From positions 1 to 41,682 of the IMG/VR virus record IMGVR_UViG_3300032327_000851: a stretch of 41,682 nucleotides of DNA; one strand, 5' to 3'. Source of the stretch: a virus. Its lineage: Duplodnaviria > Caudoviricetes. A model generated the notes under the pieces. The model was not told the DNA's origin. It searched no databases and was given only the letters and a program-made list of their open reading frames with translations. Numbering within the stretch: position 1 is the stretch's first letter; every line of letters starts with the position of its first letter. A program made the translations under genes and the position numbers. Shown here piece after piece: positions 19,314 through 30,487 of the stretch.

Positions 19314-22300
19314 TTATCCTCTGGTATCAATAAAGTTAGAACTACCAAGATTTCCACGATCCATAATATAGACACTGCTACGATCTTGAATAGATAGTGG
19401 TGAAGCTGGTATTACTTCAAATGATGAATTGGCAATACGAATAATATTGTTTGAAACCGTATCAATAACAACAGTGCCAAATAAACGAGTACCAGAAACA
19501 TGCATCACTTTTTTAAACATATCAACATACTTATCTAGTGGTAATCTAGACATAACATCGTATGAATATTCCTGATAGTAATCACCATCATGGACCTTTG
19601 AGATATTGCTTAGGAAACCCTTTGAAGTTTTATAATATCCACTACCAGTACCAGAACCACTTACGATAGCACGTGCTGTACCTGTTCTTGTACCGTCCTC
19701 AGAGGTGTAAACGAGTGTCTGGTTGTTGCTGTACCCGTATCCAGAATCAACTACCTGTAGGTTTGTTATAACGCCGTCCGCTCCATATGCTAAGGCATCA
19801 ATCTGTGCATTGAAACCAATTGGCTGTCTAGCATACTCTTCAATTTGAATTAGATTGGCGGTCACACCAGTTGATTTACCTGTCAGTATTTTATTTAATT
19901 GAAAATTGTTTTCAAATTGCTGTCTCTTAACATATACTGTGTTTCCAGAGACCGAAATAACTTGACCTTTGGCAATAACTGTATTGCTATAAGATGCAAC
20001 ACTTATTACATTTGTTGTGCTTGTTGATGTGCTATAACTAAAGAGATTTTTAGAAGGACCACCAGAAGCAGTGAATATACCATTCGATACTTTATTAACA
20101 ACAATAACATTTGATGTAGGGTATTCTACTGCAAATACAGTACCAACCGCACCTGTTGTGTTCTGATATATTTTTTCACCAACTCTAAATGACTGTGCAT
20201 TACTCACCTCCATGCTGTAACGAAGATCAGCAAATGTTTGAGTTACTTGCTCATCGATAATATATTGGTTGGAAGCATCTTTTACGGTAAACACATAATC
20301 ATTGTAAATATAACTAATAACGTATGGCTGATATGCTTTAACGACAGGAGAAGTAGCATAATTGTCTCCGGGATTAAGATCAGATAGTGTGCTGATTGTA
20401 CCAATAGAAAGATTGGCAAAACTTAAGCATGAGAATATTGAAGATGATACATTACCGCTTGGTCTTTGTTTAAATCCAAATGCAGTAGAATTCAGAGGAA
20501 GCGAAAGAAATGATTGGTTTGCACCAGCAGTAGGATTATTATTACTGCTTAATAAATCAGAGTTTACTTGAATGGTCTCTGCTTCAGTAATCTTGCCGAC
20601 TTTAAATGATGCACCAACACCACCAGAAATAACCTCAACATCTGCTATCGTGCCTGTCTGACTACCAACAAGTTTTGAAAGTTTTGATGTATCATATCTA
20701 TTTTTTGTGTTATATACAGATACAAAAAGATTTACCTTTGTGACAATGGCAGTAGAATTTTTTTTACCAGACACGAGTATTGGTAAACCAGTCTTAAAGA
20801 TGCCTGTCATATTAGACAAAGTTAAAGTGCCGTTTGTAGTATTTAAACTAATATCATCAATTTTTGCTCTGCCAATCACCACTCCTTCATTATTAAATTG
20901 ATAGATTTCATCATATTTACTGAAGACACCCACAGAATTAATAATATTCATGGTACCAGTAGCAGACACATCAAGAATTCTACCTAATGCAGAAGAGTCT
21001 GTTTTGGTTCCAACAGTAGCTATGATTTGTACATTACTAGGCTGATAGATTTTATCGCCAACAGCAACATTATAGTTGCTAGATACAACCATAACAATTT
21101 CGCCGTTACTATAGATGTTTGCACGATTTTCAATAATTTCAGCATTTGCAACTCTAACATTACTTTTTGAAATGCTGATTACATCACCAACGGCAAACTT
21201 AGTACCGTCAGCGATGCCAGTATACTCAATGGTAGCACGATTTTGTCTTAGGTCTTCAAATGTTTTATAGTAATTACTTAAATATGCTTCTTTAAAAATT
21301 GGCTGTAAACTTGCACCGGCACCACCAGATGTTGTAATCTGGACTTGATATTCGTTGCCAAAAAAACCACCACTTTGTGTCATCAAAGCAACATTTCTGA
21401 TTGCTCCACTAGTATTTGTTACTGGTCTAAGCTTAGCATTTCCGTATGATGATCTAATTGTGATAACATCACTATTACTATATCCAGAACCAGCAACCAG
21501 AACATTAACATCACTAATTGAATTGGATGTTTGTACATTTGAAACTTGTATTGTATAATCTGTGATGAGTGACTGAGTTCTATTGTTTGCTTCAATACCA
21601 GTAATATCATGGGATACTGAATATCCATATCCACCATCAATCAGAATAAAATCTACAACACCACGTTCATCATTATATACAGCAGACACACGAGCCTGTC
21701 CATAATCGCCACCTTCTGTTGTAAATGATACGATATCGCCAACAGCAAAGTCCTTTGATCCTGTGAGAACATCAACCGCAGTCAGAGAGCCTAGAACACG
21801 TGGAGAATCTGAGTATGTCTTGTCACTCTTGCGATAGAGTGTTTCATTGTTTATAAATTCACCTTGAACATTTGACAGATAGAGAATATGAACAAAACCA
21901 TTGTTCACCTTTCTCTTGATGTATTTTTCAACAAATGCTTCGGCACCAGACGAAATGCCTCTAATAAGAGTACCAACAAGTGTAACGGCTCTTTGTGGGT
22001 TGCTACCAGTGATTTCTAGATATCGTGGCTGTACCCATGTGCCTTCAGAAAGTTTGAATAGATTTTCACCGGGATATACTACTTGACTGTTGTATCCATA
22101 TACCAGACGAAAGAATAGATCGATTGAACGTGATGTACCCTTAGAGCGATAGAGGTCAAGTGAATTCTTCACCAACATACGCTTATTCGATTGAGTGTCA
22201 AACTCAATATTCTTTAGATATTTTTCTTTGAACTGTGTGATGAATAAATCAAGTGTTGTATCGATATCACGAATGTTTGGCAGATTACGAGATAAGAATA

Positions 22301-22658
22301 TGCTGCCCAATCTCTTGGTAGCACCGCCTCTTAGAATATAGGTATCGCCACCACTTGAGCTTGTTATTGGAATGAGTTCTGAACAGATATTAAAACACTT
22401 GAATGTTTCTAACCCATTCACTTTAACAAGAATATCTGATCCAACAAATGTAACAATTGTACCTGTTACTATGTCTTGTGTAACTGTATCACCAACATTA
22501 AAATTAGTGTTATCTTCTAGTTGAATAAGCTGATGGTTCGTCTCAAGCCATTCATAATAGGCTTTGACAAACGTGATGAAGTTCTGTCCCTCATCCTTAT
22601 AAAAGGATGGAAACATGTTTTCAATTAATGGGGATATCTTTTGTTCAATATCTTGCAT
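19314..22658 (-). CDS. gp7: Baseplate wedge initiator gp7-like
   Basis: FITFVKAYYEWLE, LYRSKGT..SIDLFFR and D..YYQEYSY...K..H..G..LFG motifs; lies between gp6 and gp8. Confidence 0.8.
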   Translation of the reverse strand: MQDIEQKISPLIENMFPSFYKDEGQNFITFVKAYYEWLETNHQLIQLEDNTNFNVGDTVTQDIVTGTIVTFVGSDILVKVNGLETFKCFNICSELIPITSSSGGDTYILRGGATKRLGSIFLSRNLPNIRDIDTTLDLFITQFKEKYLKNIEFDTQSNKRMLVKNSLDLYRSKGTSRSIDLFFRLVYGYNSQVVYPGENLFKLSEGTWVQPRYLEITGSNPQRAVTLVGTLIRGISSGAEAFVEKYIKRKVNNGFVHILYLSNVQGEFINNETLYRKSDKTYSDSPRVLGSLTAVDVLTGSKDFAVGDIVSFTTEGGDYGQARVSAVYNDERGVVDFILIDGGYGYSVSHDITGIEANNRTQSLITDYTIQVSNVQTSNSISDVNVLVAGSGYSNSDVITIRSSYGNAKLRPVTNTSGAIRNVALMTQSGGFFGNEYQVQITTSGGAGASLQPIFKEAYLSNYYKTFEDLRQNRATIEYTGIADGTKFAVGDVISISKSNVRVANAEIIENRANIYSNGEIVMVVSSNYNVAVGDKIYQPSNVQIIATVGTKTDSSALGRILDVSATGTMNIINSVGVFSKYDEIYQFNNEGVVIGRAKIDDISLNTTNGTLTLSNMTGIFKTGLPILVSGKKNSTAIVTKVNLFVSVYNTKNRYDTSKLSKLVGSQTGTIADVEVISGGVGASFKVGKITEAETIQVNSDLLSSNNNPTAGANQSFLSLPLNSTAFGFKQRPSGNVSSSIFSCLSFANLSIGTISTLSDLNPGDNYATSPVVKAYQPYVISYIYNDYVFTVKDASNQYIIDEQVTQTFADLRYSMEVSNAQSFRVGEKIYQNTTGAVGTVFAVEYPTSNVIVVNKVSNGIFTASGGPSKNLFSYSTSTSTTNVISVASYSNTVIAKGQVISVSGNTVYVKRQQFENNFQLNKILTGKSTGVTANLIQIEEYARQPIGFNAQIDALAYGADGVITNLQVVDSGYGYSNNQTLVYTSEDGTRTGTARAIVSGSGTGSGYYKTSKGFLSNISKVHDGDYYQEYSYDVMSRLPLDKYVDMFKKVMHVSGTRLFGTVVIDTVSNNIIRIANSSFEVIPASPLSIQDRSSVYIMDRGNLGSSNFIDTRG

Positions 22659-22661
22659 TCA

Positions 22662-24452
22662 TTATGCCCTGACAGCGACTGCGGTTATATCAACGTCTTC
22701 TTCAATGATATTTAGGATGACATTATTGACGGTTGAAAGGTCTTTGAATTTTGGTGATGCATAAATTTTAATTCCAGCACCAACAAAAGAATCAATTTTG
22801 AAATTAGAAAACTGTAATAGCCCTGTATCGTAGTCGATATTGCCAACAGTTTCGATGAACTGTCCAGATGATGATGAGTATACTTGAATAGAACTAATAC
22901 CATCATCCTTCAAAACAGCCTTGACACCCTTATAATTAAATGGTGTTGATGAGATTGAATATCCATTACCAGAAGAACCATAGATGATACCTAATGGAAT
23001 ACGGAAATCAACGTCAAATGTTAACAGAGTACCAGTTTCTGGTGTAATAACTTTGATGATATTAATGTCTGTTTCATTCGAGATGATGGATGATTGTGAA
23101 CCGTCGATAGCCTGTAACATCTTTGAATAACGGAAAATACGATTGAAGTTGTTTAGGTTTGTTTGAGCATAATCAATGATAGCAGACTTGGTAATTGTCT
23201 TGATATCTTCTGATGACAAACGAGTAACATTTACGTTATAATTGATAATTGATTTAACCTGAATATAGGTATACTCAGGGTTGACAAATACTGGATCAAT
23301 TGAAACAGGCGAACGTGGCTTAAGGAAGTTATAGTATTGATCAATCTTTACTTGTGGTAGACTATCGACTTCATTAAGATCAACAGCAACAAATACCTTA
23401 CCAAATTGTGGGGGATTAAGGTCTTCACCACCATATGCAGTAACAGCATTGACTTCAGGAAAGTTAATCTTCAACAGAGTTTCATAGTCCTCTGTAGTGA
23501 TTGCACGTTCTTGTGTGTTGAAATGTCGTGGAGCATTATACTTGATTGATTCAATACTTTCACTAACTGCACCGCCAGAAGCACTTTCATTGGTGGTAAC
23601 TGTAATATTACTTTCGGTATCAATTGTTGTATCAGGAGAGAACAAATTACATCCATTAGGAAGTTGACCATTAGATACACGATATTCTATGGTAATTACT
23701 GAATTGTTTTTTGGCTTTCTACCACTAACACCATCACCAAATACTACTTCATAACTATCGTTCTCTGCACCTTGCACAAAGAATACCTGTGAAGAAGAAT
23801 CGATATCGAATAGCGATTGTGCTCTATTATATACAAGAATTGAGGCACCAACGTCTTCCATTACTGTTACTGTAATAGATGCTGTGTCAACATTTTTATT
23901 TGAGATAATAAAACGCTGTGGATTATTTGATGAGTATGTATAGTTATCTGCTACATAATATCCTTCGTAAATAGGAATATTAGTACCAGTAAATATTAAC
24001 TGTGTACGATCATCACTCTGCACGTAATCAGAAATGATAATATTTTCAGCAGTAGAGAACGTAAAGTTTTTTGGTCCAAAACGTGATGTAAAAGTATAAC
24101 CTTTTGGAACAACCAATGAACGCTTATTGTTAGATGCAGATGTATTGATTGTTATGTTTACATTAGCCTGTGCAGACTTGAAAGAACGTGGAACATAGTT
24201 AAGTTCTTTGGCATGTGATATAACACTGTCACGAAGCTGAGCAGAGTCAAGGAACATCTCACTACCAATCATGTTTAGGTAGAAAGCGTTGTGGAATGTG
24301 TTATATGATAGAATGTCAAGCAGAACAGACATGTTGCTGCCTTCAAAATCATAATCTTTAAATCTATCTTGTGTCTTGAGATAAGATTTGAATGTATTTT
24401 TTATTGTATCAAAGTCAAGACTTGATAGAACAATTGAGGAATTAGCTGACAT
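22662..24452 (-). CDS. gp6: Baseplate wedge subunit gp6
   Basis: LDFDTIK...FKDYDFEGS...EMFLDSA.LR.S..SHAK.L.Y.PRS, FGDG..G and Q.RA.T..DY motifs. Confidence 0.95.
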   Translation of the reverse strand: MSANSSIVLSSLDFDTIKNTFKSYLKTQDRFKDYDFEGSNMSVLLDILSYNTFHNAFYLNMIGSEMFLDSAQLRDSVISHAKELNYVPRSFKSAQANVNITINTSASNNKRSLVVPKGYTFTSRFGPKNFTFSTAENIIISDYVQSDDRTQLIFTGTNIPIYEGYYVADNYTYSSNNPQRFIISNKNVDTASITVTVMEDVGASILVYNRAQSLFDIDSSSQVFFVQGAENDSYEVVFGDGVSGRKPKNNSVITIEYRVSNGQLPNGCNLFSPDTTIDTESNITVTTNESASGGAVSESIESIKYNAPRHFNTQERAITTEDYETLLKINFPEVNAVTAYGGEDLNPPQFGKVFVAVDLNEVDSLPQVKIDQYYNFLKPRSPVSIDPVFVNPEYTYIQVKSIINYNVNVTRLSSEDIKTITKSAIIDYAQTNLNNFNRIFRYSKMLQAIDGSQSSIISNETDINIIKVITPETGTLLTFDVDFRIPLGIIYGSSGNGYSISSTPFNYKGVKAVLKDDGISSIQVYSSSSGQFIETVGNIDYDTGLLQFSNFKIDSFVGAGIKIYASPKFKDLSTVNNVILNIIEEDVDITAVAVRA

Positions 24453-24874
24453 TACCTGATCCTGTCGAGTGTAATATTAAATGAAACGGGGTCTTGTTTA
24501 TTTATAATCATCACCACAAGGTTTACAATGTATAAATGATTTTCTTCATCTGGGACCACATCTACTTTAAGAATTTTTGCACGAGGCTCAAAATTTGTAA
24601 TTGTTTGTTGAACAAATATAGAAATGTTTTGTGCAGTCATAGAACTGATAGGCTCGAATAACATTGTTGAAATGTCAGTGCCAATAGTTGGTTGATATAG
24701 TCGATCAAATTTATTGGTGAGTAATAGGTTACGAATACAGCGAATAACAGAATTTTCGTTAATATACTTAACGATATCACCAGAAACAGGATGTGGATTT
24801 AGATCAGTAAGAAAGTCACTATATATTTGACTATCTCTGTTCATTGCTGCAAATCTATCGTTATTTTTGGCCAT
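24452..24874 (-). CDS. gp25: Baseplate wedge subunit gp25
   Basis: YSD...HP..GD, IRNLLLT...R...P..G....LFEP and FEPR motifs; directly upstream of gp6. Confidence 0.92.
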   Translation of the reverse strand: MAKNNDRFAAMNRDSQIYSDFLTDLNPHPVSGDIVKYINENSVIRCIRNLLLTNKFDRLYQPTIGTDISTMLFEPISSMTAQNISIFVQQTITNFEPRAKILKVDVVPDEENHLYIVNLVVMIINKQDPVSFNITLDRIR

Positions 24875-24885
24875 CTATTTTCTCT

Positions 24886-26352
24886 TTATGGAATTGATAC
24901 TGGATCAGAATCAATTGCAAGTGTATAACGAGCAGATGAAGCGATCACCTTACATTTAATTTGATTACCAGCATCACCAGATGCCACTACATATGAACTA
25001 TTAGCAGATGATACCATATTAGTTCCTCTGAACCACTGATAATCATATTTGGTGGGAGTAAAGCCTGTCCATATGCCGGTTGAACATTGTAGTGTACCTC
25101 CAACAGATACAGAACCAGATATAACAGGCAAATTAGCAGCAGGGACAGAATAAACAACAGGACCAAGTTCATTTGATTTTACCTCAATATATCCAGCTTT
25201 ATTTTCTCCAACCACTTGACAATAAATCTTAAGATCGATATCATCAATTGCTGGTGAATATGTGAATGAGTTGGCATTATAGATAGGATTGCCTTCACGA
25301 TACCACTGAGCACTGTATGTCATTTCTGCGTTGCTTGTCCATACACCTGTGTTGCATGATACAGTATTACCTACAATTGCAAAACCTGAAGCAACTGGTA
25401 CTTCATCATTTACTGGTGGAAGAGTATTTGCAAATTCTTCATTCTGCTTCTTATATGTCTCAAATGCACCACTATCAATACTTGCCTGAAAACTCTCTAT
25501 ACTGTCTGTAGCAATGGCAGGAGGAATTCCTGTAATTCCTTGCATCTGTGTTTGTGCTTGATCTATTTGGCCAAGACAATCATGTGCGTTACTAATTAAT
25601 GTTGTCTTTAACTGATTAGCAGCATCAAGAGTATCTTCAACCAAATGAAATGCGGTTACAGCATCTCCAATTGCTTGCAATCCTGAAGTACCAACCGCAC
25701 CACATATAAAGTTTGCAATATCTTCTGAAATTTTTCTTTTAAGCTTTGTTGCTGATTGCTTTATTTCGTTCTTTATATCTTCAAGAACCATATTTTTAAT
25801 TTGAACAGCACATGCTTTAAGCTTTGGTAAGGCTTCTTGAATGGCCATAGTCAAATCAGTGACCGCTTTGATCAACTGTAAAATTTCTGTTGTGTATTTA
25901 ATAAATGCCTCAAGTTGAGGTATAATTGATCCGGTTACTAATTTTCCTAACCACTTTACTATACCCCATGGTGTAGGAGATGGAAGTGATGTAATAGGAA
26001 GATATTGTTTCAATAACTTTAGCTGATCATCTACTGCTTTTTTAGCTTGTTGTTTGATATCATCCAAGTGTTGCTTTACTATTAATTTAAGAGCTTCACA
26101 ATCTGTTACAGACCTAATTTGTTGTGTTAACTCTTGTATGCGCTTAGTATTAACAACTAAAGTATCTTCTTGATTGATTTCAATCTTATTATCATGTTTT
26201 GCTTGACATGTTGGTGGCAAAGGAACAGGAGGAGGCAAATTATCCAAAGCCATTTGTGTTTGTAATGAAGCCTCGATAGGAAGATTTCCTTGCGCTTCAA
26301 GCCTATCAAGTACTGAAAACGGTGATGTTGTTGTTGGTGGTAAATTGGCCAT
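24886..26352 (-). CDS. Hypothetical protein: helical N-terminal region plus two C-terminal Ig-like domains
   Basis: Two copies of PV.SG...VG.T..C.TG.WT.....Y..QW.R......Y.....D....I.C.V; lies between gp5 and gp25. Confidence 0.6.
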   Translation of the reverse strand: MANLPPTTTSPFSVLDRLEAQGNLPIEASLQTQMALDNLPPPVPLPPTCQAKHDNKIEINQEDTLVVNTKRIQELTQQIRSVTDCEALKLIVKQHLDDIKQQAKKAVDDQLKLLKQYLPITSLPSPTPWGIVKWLGKLVTGSIIPQLEAFIKYTTEILQLIKAVTDLTMAIQEALPKLKACAVQIKNMVLEDIKNEIKQSATKLKRKISEDIANFICGAVGTSGLQAIGDAVTAFHLVEDTLDAANQLKTTLISNAHDCLGQIDQAQTQMQGITGIPPAIATDSIESFQASIDSGAFETYKKQNEEFANTLPPVNDEVPVASGFAIVGNTVSCNTGVWTSNAEMTYSAQWYREGNPIYNANSFTYSPAIDDIDLKIYCQVVGENKAGYIEVKSNELGPVVYSVPAANLPVISGSVSVGGTLQCSTGIWTGFTPTKYDYQWFRGTNMVSSANSSYVVASGDAGNQIKCKVIASSARYTLAIDSDPVSIP

Positions 26353-26361
26353 CTTAAATCC

Positions 26362-27258
26362 TCAACTTATCTTTGTCACGATGCCTTTGTTGACATGTAC
26401 AGTCATACCAGAAGGAGTAGAAAATGTTCCTGATGCACCTGTTCCCATAGATACAGTACCAAGTGTGGTATAGCTTCCTTCAGTTTGAACTACTCCACCG
26501 GGAGATTGTATATTGATACTTGATCCAGAACTAATATTTACACCAAGTGTACCATTGATATCAATTCTACCAGAAGAACTTAAAGAAATACTTCCCTCAT
26601 TTGAAAGGTCAGTATTTCCCTTTACTTCAGCAGTCAAATCACCTTCAACTTTAATATTTGCATCGCCCTTTACAAATATGTTTTTATCTTTTCCAACAAT
26701 CTCAAAGCTATCATCAACGCTTTTAATAATGACACGACCATCCTTATTTATTTCAACATATGAACCCTTGCTATGGCGAACATGAATTCTCTCGTTGTCT
26801 GGTGTGTCATCAATTTCAACAATATGACCAGCACGAGTAACGATTGCACGGTTGTATGGATACTTCGCTGCATATGAAGAATCTGGTTCTGGTCCAACTT
26901 TATTGTTGACAACTGTCTGTTTCTCTCTGGCAAGGAAAGGAACAGAATGCTTATTTTCATCTTCTCCCGGTAAATAAGGAATAGTACCCAAGATCATAGG
27001 ATACCTTTTCTCTTCACCATCAAGAAAGAAACCAAACACATAAGAGCCAGCCAGAAGACCGGGAGTATCACCAATGCCTTGAAAGCTACCACTGGTAGTA
27101 GGCATCATTACTATAGCGTCAGGAAGCCTCTCAGTTTCTACATTTTCATGTATACCAAAGGCACGTACCTTTACTCCACCAAGCTTCATATCGTCTGTCG
27201 TATTGTCTTCCACAATACCTAAAAACCAACGAAATCCTTGTTGTCCCATTCTAATCAT
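26362..27258 (-). CDS. gp5: Baseplate central spike gp5-like (OB fold plus beta-helix, no lysozyme domain)
   Basis: WF.G.VED....LG.VKVR.FG.H, V.GFFLDG...P.ILG and YPYN.....GH..E.DDTP..ERI...H..G.Y.E motifs. Confidence 0.9.
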   Translation of the reverse strand: MIRMGQQGFRWFLGIVEDNTTDDMKLGGVKVRAFGIHENVETERLPDAIVMMPTTSGSFQGIGDTPGLLAGSYVFGFFLDGEEKRYPMILGTIPYLPGEDENKHSVPFLAREKQTVVNNKVGPEPDSSYAAKYPYNRAIVTRAGHIVEIDDTPDNERIHVRHSKGSYVEINKDGRVIIKSVDDSFEIVGKDKNIFVKGDANIKVEGDLTAEVKGNTDLSNEGSISLSSSGRIDINGTLGVNISSGSSINIQSPGGVVQTEGSYTTLGTVSMGTGASGTFSTPSGMTVHVNKGIVTKIS

Positions 27259-28616
27259 TATGAAGTCTCCAATAAGTTATTCTTGACAATTTCAAGAGAA
27301 ATGGTATGTTGTGGTCTATCACCCAAAAGAATAATATGTCTTAGTTTGGTAATTAAATAATTACCACTGTCAAGTCGAGAAACACCTGTTTCATCATCAA
27401 AACTTGATGAAGAAGGAAATGTACACTTGATCATATCACCAACAGTAAGATCACTATCACCATATACATGAATTTGTGTGATGTTTGTCGTTAGAAACTG
27501 TAAAAACGACATTCGTGTTGCAAAAGCTTCTACAAGAGGTGCCTTAGAACGGTTTGAAAAAATTGGTATTAAGTTGAATGCAGTTGGTCGTTTAACCTTA
27601 CCCGCTACTCTAACTTCATTTGTACTATTTGGAGATGCACCACCTTCATCCATTTTTTGAAATGAATCAAGAGCAATATTAGCACCAGAAGTTGCTGTTC
27701 TTTGACCAGCGGTTTGTGGGTCAACTGATGTTGCGGTACCAACGTAACCACCACCACTTCTATTAGAAGTTGCGGTAGACTGTCCTATTTGATTATAGGC
27801 AATAATATTGCGGATATTAACATCTTCAATTCGTTCTTTTCTTGCAGTATCATAAAAGAATTCTTTATCTGAAAGACCTCTGGATAATTGTTTTCTTCCT
27901 CTCTCAATCAACTTCTCATATGTAGTATAATGATATCCATGCTTATTTTCAAAAAATACGAAGGCATGTGATTGGTATCGGTCAGAGATAGAATATTTTA
28001 ATAATGAATTGATGGCTTGGAATGGCTTAAGATTAAAATTAGGATATTTGTCAATACCAATAGTCTTTTCTATTTCAATCTTTTTATTAGATTTAATGTT
28101 CTCTTCCATGATATTCTTTACGATATCAGAAATATTATCATTAAAAGCCTTATCAACAAATTGATCTGAATTGGTAATTAATTCAGTACTTATACATTGA
28201 ATTGTGCAAGACATAGTTTTCTGGTTCTCATTAGGAACTCTATTTTTAACCTCGTGTATATGAAATACATATCTTGTAGGATTTCCGGGATTATTAGGCG
28301 TTTCAAAGGTTATTGTTATATATTCTTCCAAAATAATAGGAAAATCTTGATAAATTCGTCTACTATCAGCTATAGCCAGTTCACAGAAAATACCGGGACA
28401 ATGAATGTTTTCATAAATTTCAATACCAGAACACACTCCTATTAGTGTTTCTTTACGCTGATGATCTTTACTTGAAATGGTAAGCTCAATGATATTGACA
28501 TCACCAGCAACAATATCTTTGTCGGCACCTTTATTTACAATAATAGGCTGTGCAGCAATTATATTACTACGCAGAACATTTTCAACACCACTGAATACAT
28601 CTTTAAAAAAGCTCAT
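27258..28616 (-). CDS. Baseplate hub / tail protein (gp27-like)
   Basis: IEIYENI, FVFFEN..G and V.GDS.L.VG..I......SG.YLI..LRH motifs; lies between gp53 and gp5. Confidence 0.65.
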   Translation of the reverse strand: MSFFKDVFSGVENVLRSNIIAAQPIIVNKGADKDIVAGDVNIIELTISSKDHQRKETLIGVCSGIEIYENIHCPGIFCELAIADSRRIYQDFPIILEEYITITFETPNNPGNPTRYVFHIHEVKNRVPNENQKTMSCTIQCISTELITNSDQFVDKAFNDNISDIVKNIMEENIKSNKKIEIEKTIGIDKYPNFNLKPFQAINSLLKYSISDRYQSHAFVFFENKHGYHYTTYEKLIERGRKQLSRGLSDKEFFYDTARKERIEDVNIRNIIAYNQIGQSTATSNRSGGGYVGTATSVDPQTAGQRTATSGANIALDSFQKMDEGGASPNSTNEVRVAGKVKRPTAFNLIPIFSNRSKAPLVEAFATRMSFLQFLTTNITQIHVYGDSDLTVGDMIKCTFPSSSSFDDETGVSRLDSGNYLITKLRHIILLGDRPQHTISLEIVKNNLLETS

Positions 28617-29458
28617 GAATTAATACTCATCAATCTCTTAAGTTCCGATTCGGCTTCACGTTTAAAACCAGCGCCAAGCAACTTAATATTCTTTTTATCT
28701 TCATTTAGTTCACGCTCATAATCATAGTATGTAACTGGTTCCCAATATAGAACATCAGTAAACGCAATCGTTTCTACAAGAGTAGTTACGGATGTAATTG
28801 TACCATATGCTCCACTGTCTTTACCAGTGATTACATTACCAACTGAAAATGTTCCGTTGACATGTTGGCATGTAATTGTGTTTCCGTCAACCAAAGTAAC
28901 AAACGCATAATTGGTGCCGTCTACCTGAATTTCTTCGTCAACTGCAAAGTTTCCATTGACAACTGTCAAAGTCATTGTTATAATTTTATTTGTGTTTGTA
29001 GTATCAGTATCAGACTTTCTCTTATATTGCCTTATGTTTAAATAATTGTCATAAACTGGTTCATAATATTTCATAAAGCGAGGAGGCAATGTGCTATAGT
29101 CTGATACACTGATACGTGTCTCGCTATTATATGTAGTTCTGTAAAAGGCAATCTTTCTCATTGCTCTTTCAAGACTTCCATACTTATCAATCAAATAATT
29201 ATTTAAATCACTTTCGGTTAGTGGCATTGAATAGTATGGATCAATTGTATTATTGGACATCCAGATCAACCATGTGTATCCGGGATTGTCATAGTAGTGT
29301 TGTGACAAAGTATCAGCACGATCAGTTTCATCCATGATGTATGGATAAAATGCTGTCTTGCTATTCATAGTTTGATCAGATAACTTTGCACGAGTCAACA
29401 AATTCTTTGCTACTTGGCCGTTATATGTGATTGTCGGAATTTTGTTAAAATAATTCAT
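28613..29458 (-). CDS. gp53: Baseplate wedge subunit gp53
   Basis: YF.K.P.I.Y, DRADTLS..YY..P...WLI...N..DP...P and YE...NE.K..I.LL motifs. Confidence 0.88.
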   Translation of the reverse strand: MNYFNKIPTITYNGQVAKNLLTRAKLSDQTMNSKTAFYPYIMDETDRADTLSQHYYDNPGYTWLIWMSNNTIDPYYSMPLTESDLNNYLIDKYGSLERAMRKIAFYRTTYNSETRISVSDYSTLPPRFMKYYEPVYDNYLNIRQYKRKSDTDTTNTNKIITMTLTVVNGNFAVDEEIQVDGTNYAFVTLVDGNTITCQHVNGTFSVGNVITGKDSGAYGTITSVTTLVETIAFTDVLYWEPVTYYDYERELNEDKKNIKLLGAGFKREAESELKRLMSINS

Positions 29459-30483
29459 TATTGTACTGCTGCCACCCCTGATAGTGCTCCAAATATAGCC
29501 GCTTGTCCGGTTATACCACCAAATCTGTCAATCGCCAAAGCATTTGCTCTTTCAATTATTTGTACGTATGTACTAGTCTCTCTTGTTTCACCCCAATCAT
29601 TAGAAAGCATATACTCAATTTCACTGAACCCAATTGAAAGGCGCACAGCAACTGGCTTTTCATCAGCAAAGAATGCGGGTGAATTTGATGGATTATAGTC
29701 TACACTAACACTATTCATAACACATTTTTTAATTCTTATAATAGAATCTTTTGACCAATACCATGGATTAGTTGGACCCGTTTCGGCTTCGCCACCATCC
29801 CATGGAAAAAAGTTTAATTGTACCATATCTGGATAATTGAGAATTGCTGCACCACTACTAGATGCTGATGATGATAATGAGGCTCTTTTTAAAATTTTAA
29901 TAACATTGTGTATCTTATCACTTTCAGTTTTACTTACTGGAAAAAATGTCCATGATAATCCAAATTCACGAAGATTTGGTCCCTGAAAAGCAACTGATGG
30001 GTTTGGGTTTGGTGCTGTACCCATTGCCTGTTCAAACGCAGATTGCACAAGATCAGGAGGAAATGTTTCTCTAACGCTTCCATTAACCATACCACCAATA
30101 CGATCACCTAGTTCTTTATTACCACCAAAGGCTTGTGTAAGAGCATTAGCAGCAGAACCTGAAAAATTACTAACAGCACCTGATAGAATATTACCAACAC
30201 CTCTACTAACAGCACCTATACTACCACCCGCAATATCACCATTTACAAAATCGCCAACAGACTCTAACTGAACACCACTATAGTTTACTGATGTATTATC
30301 TTGTAGAATATCAGGAAGAGGTAGATGAATCATTGTGGGTGTTTCAAATAGGGCACTTTTAAATGGGGATGGTCTGGAGAATTTACCAATAAGCAATCGA
30401 CAATAGTACTTACCAAGTAAAGAGTCGTTTACTCCATTGAAACCTTCGTTTTTAGTATCTTTAACTGATGTTGCTTCTGCCAT
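29458..30483 (-). CDS. gp48: Baseplate tail tube cap gp48-like
   Basis: IHLPLP, NP....FQGP.LR.F...F.P.S..E...I..I and C....V.VDY....P....L...F.EIE motifs; start reassigned to ATG 30483. Confidence 0.8.
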   Translation of the reverse strand: MAEATSVKDTKNEGFNGVNDSLLGKYYCRLLIGKFSRPSPFKSALFETPTMIHLPLPDILQDNTSVNYSGVQLESVGDFVNGDIAGGSIGAVSRGVGNILSGAVSNFSGSAANALTQAFGGNKELGDRIGGMVNGSVRETFPPDLVQSAFEQAMGTAPNPNPSVAFQGPNLREFGLSWTFFPVSKTESDKIHNVIKILKRASLSSSASSSGAAILNYPDMVQLNFFPWDGGEAETGPTNPWYWSKDSIIRIKKCVMNSVSVDYNPSNSPAFFADEKPVAVRLSIGFSEIEYMLSNDWGETRETSTYVQIIERANALAIDRFGGITGQAAIFGALSGVAAVQ

Positions 30484-30487
30484 ATTC

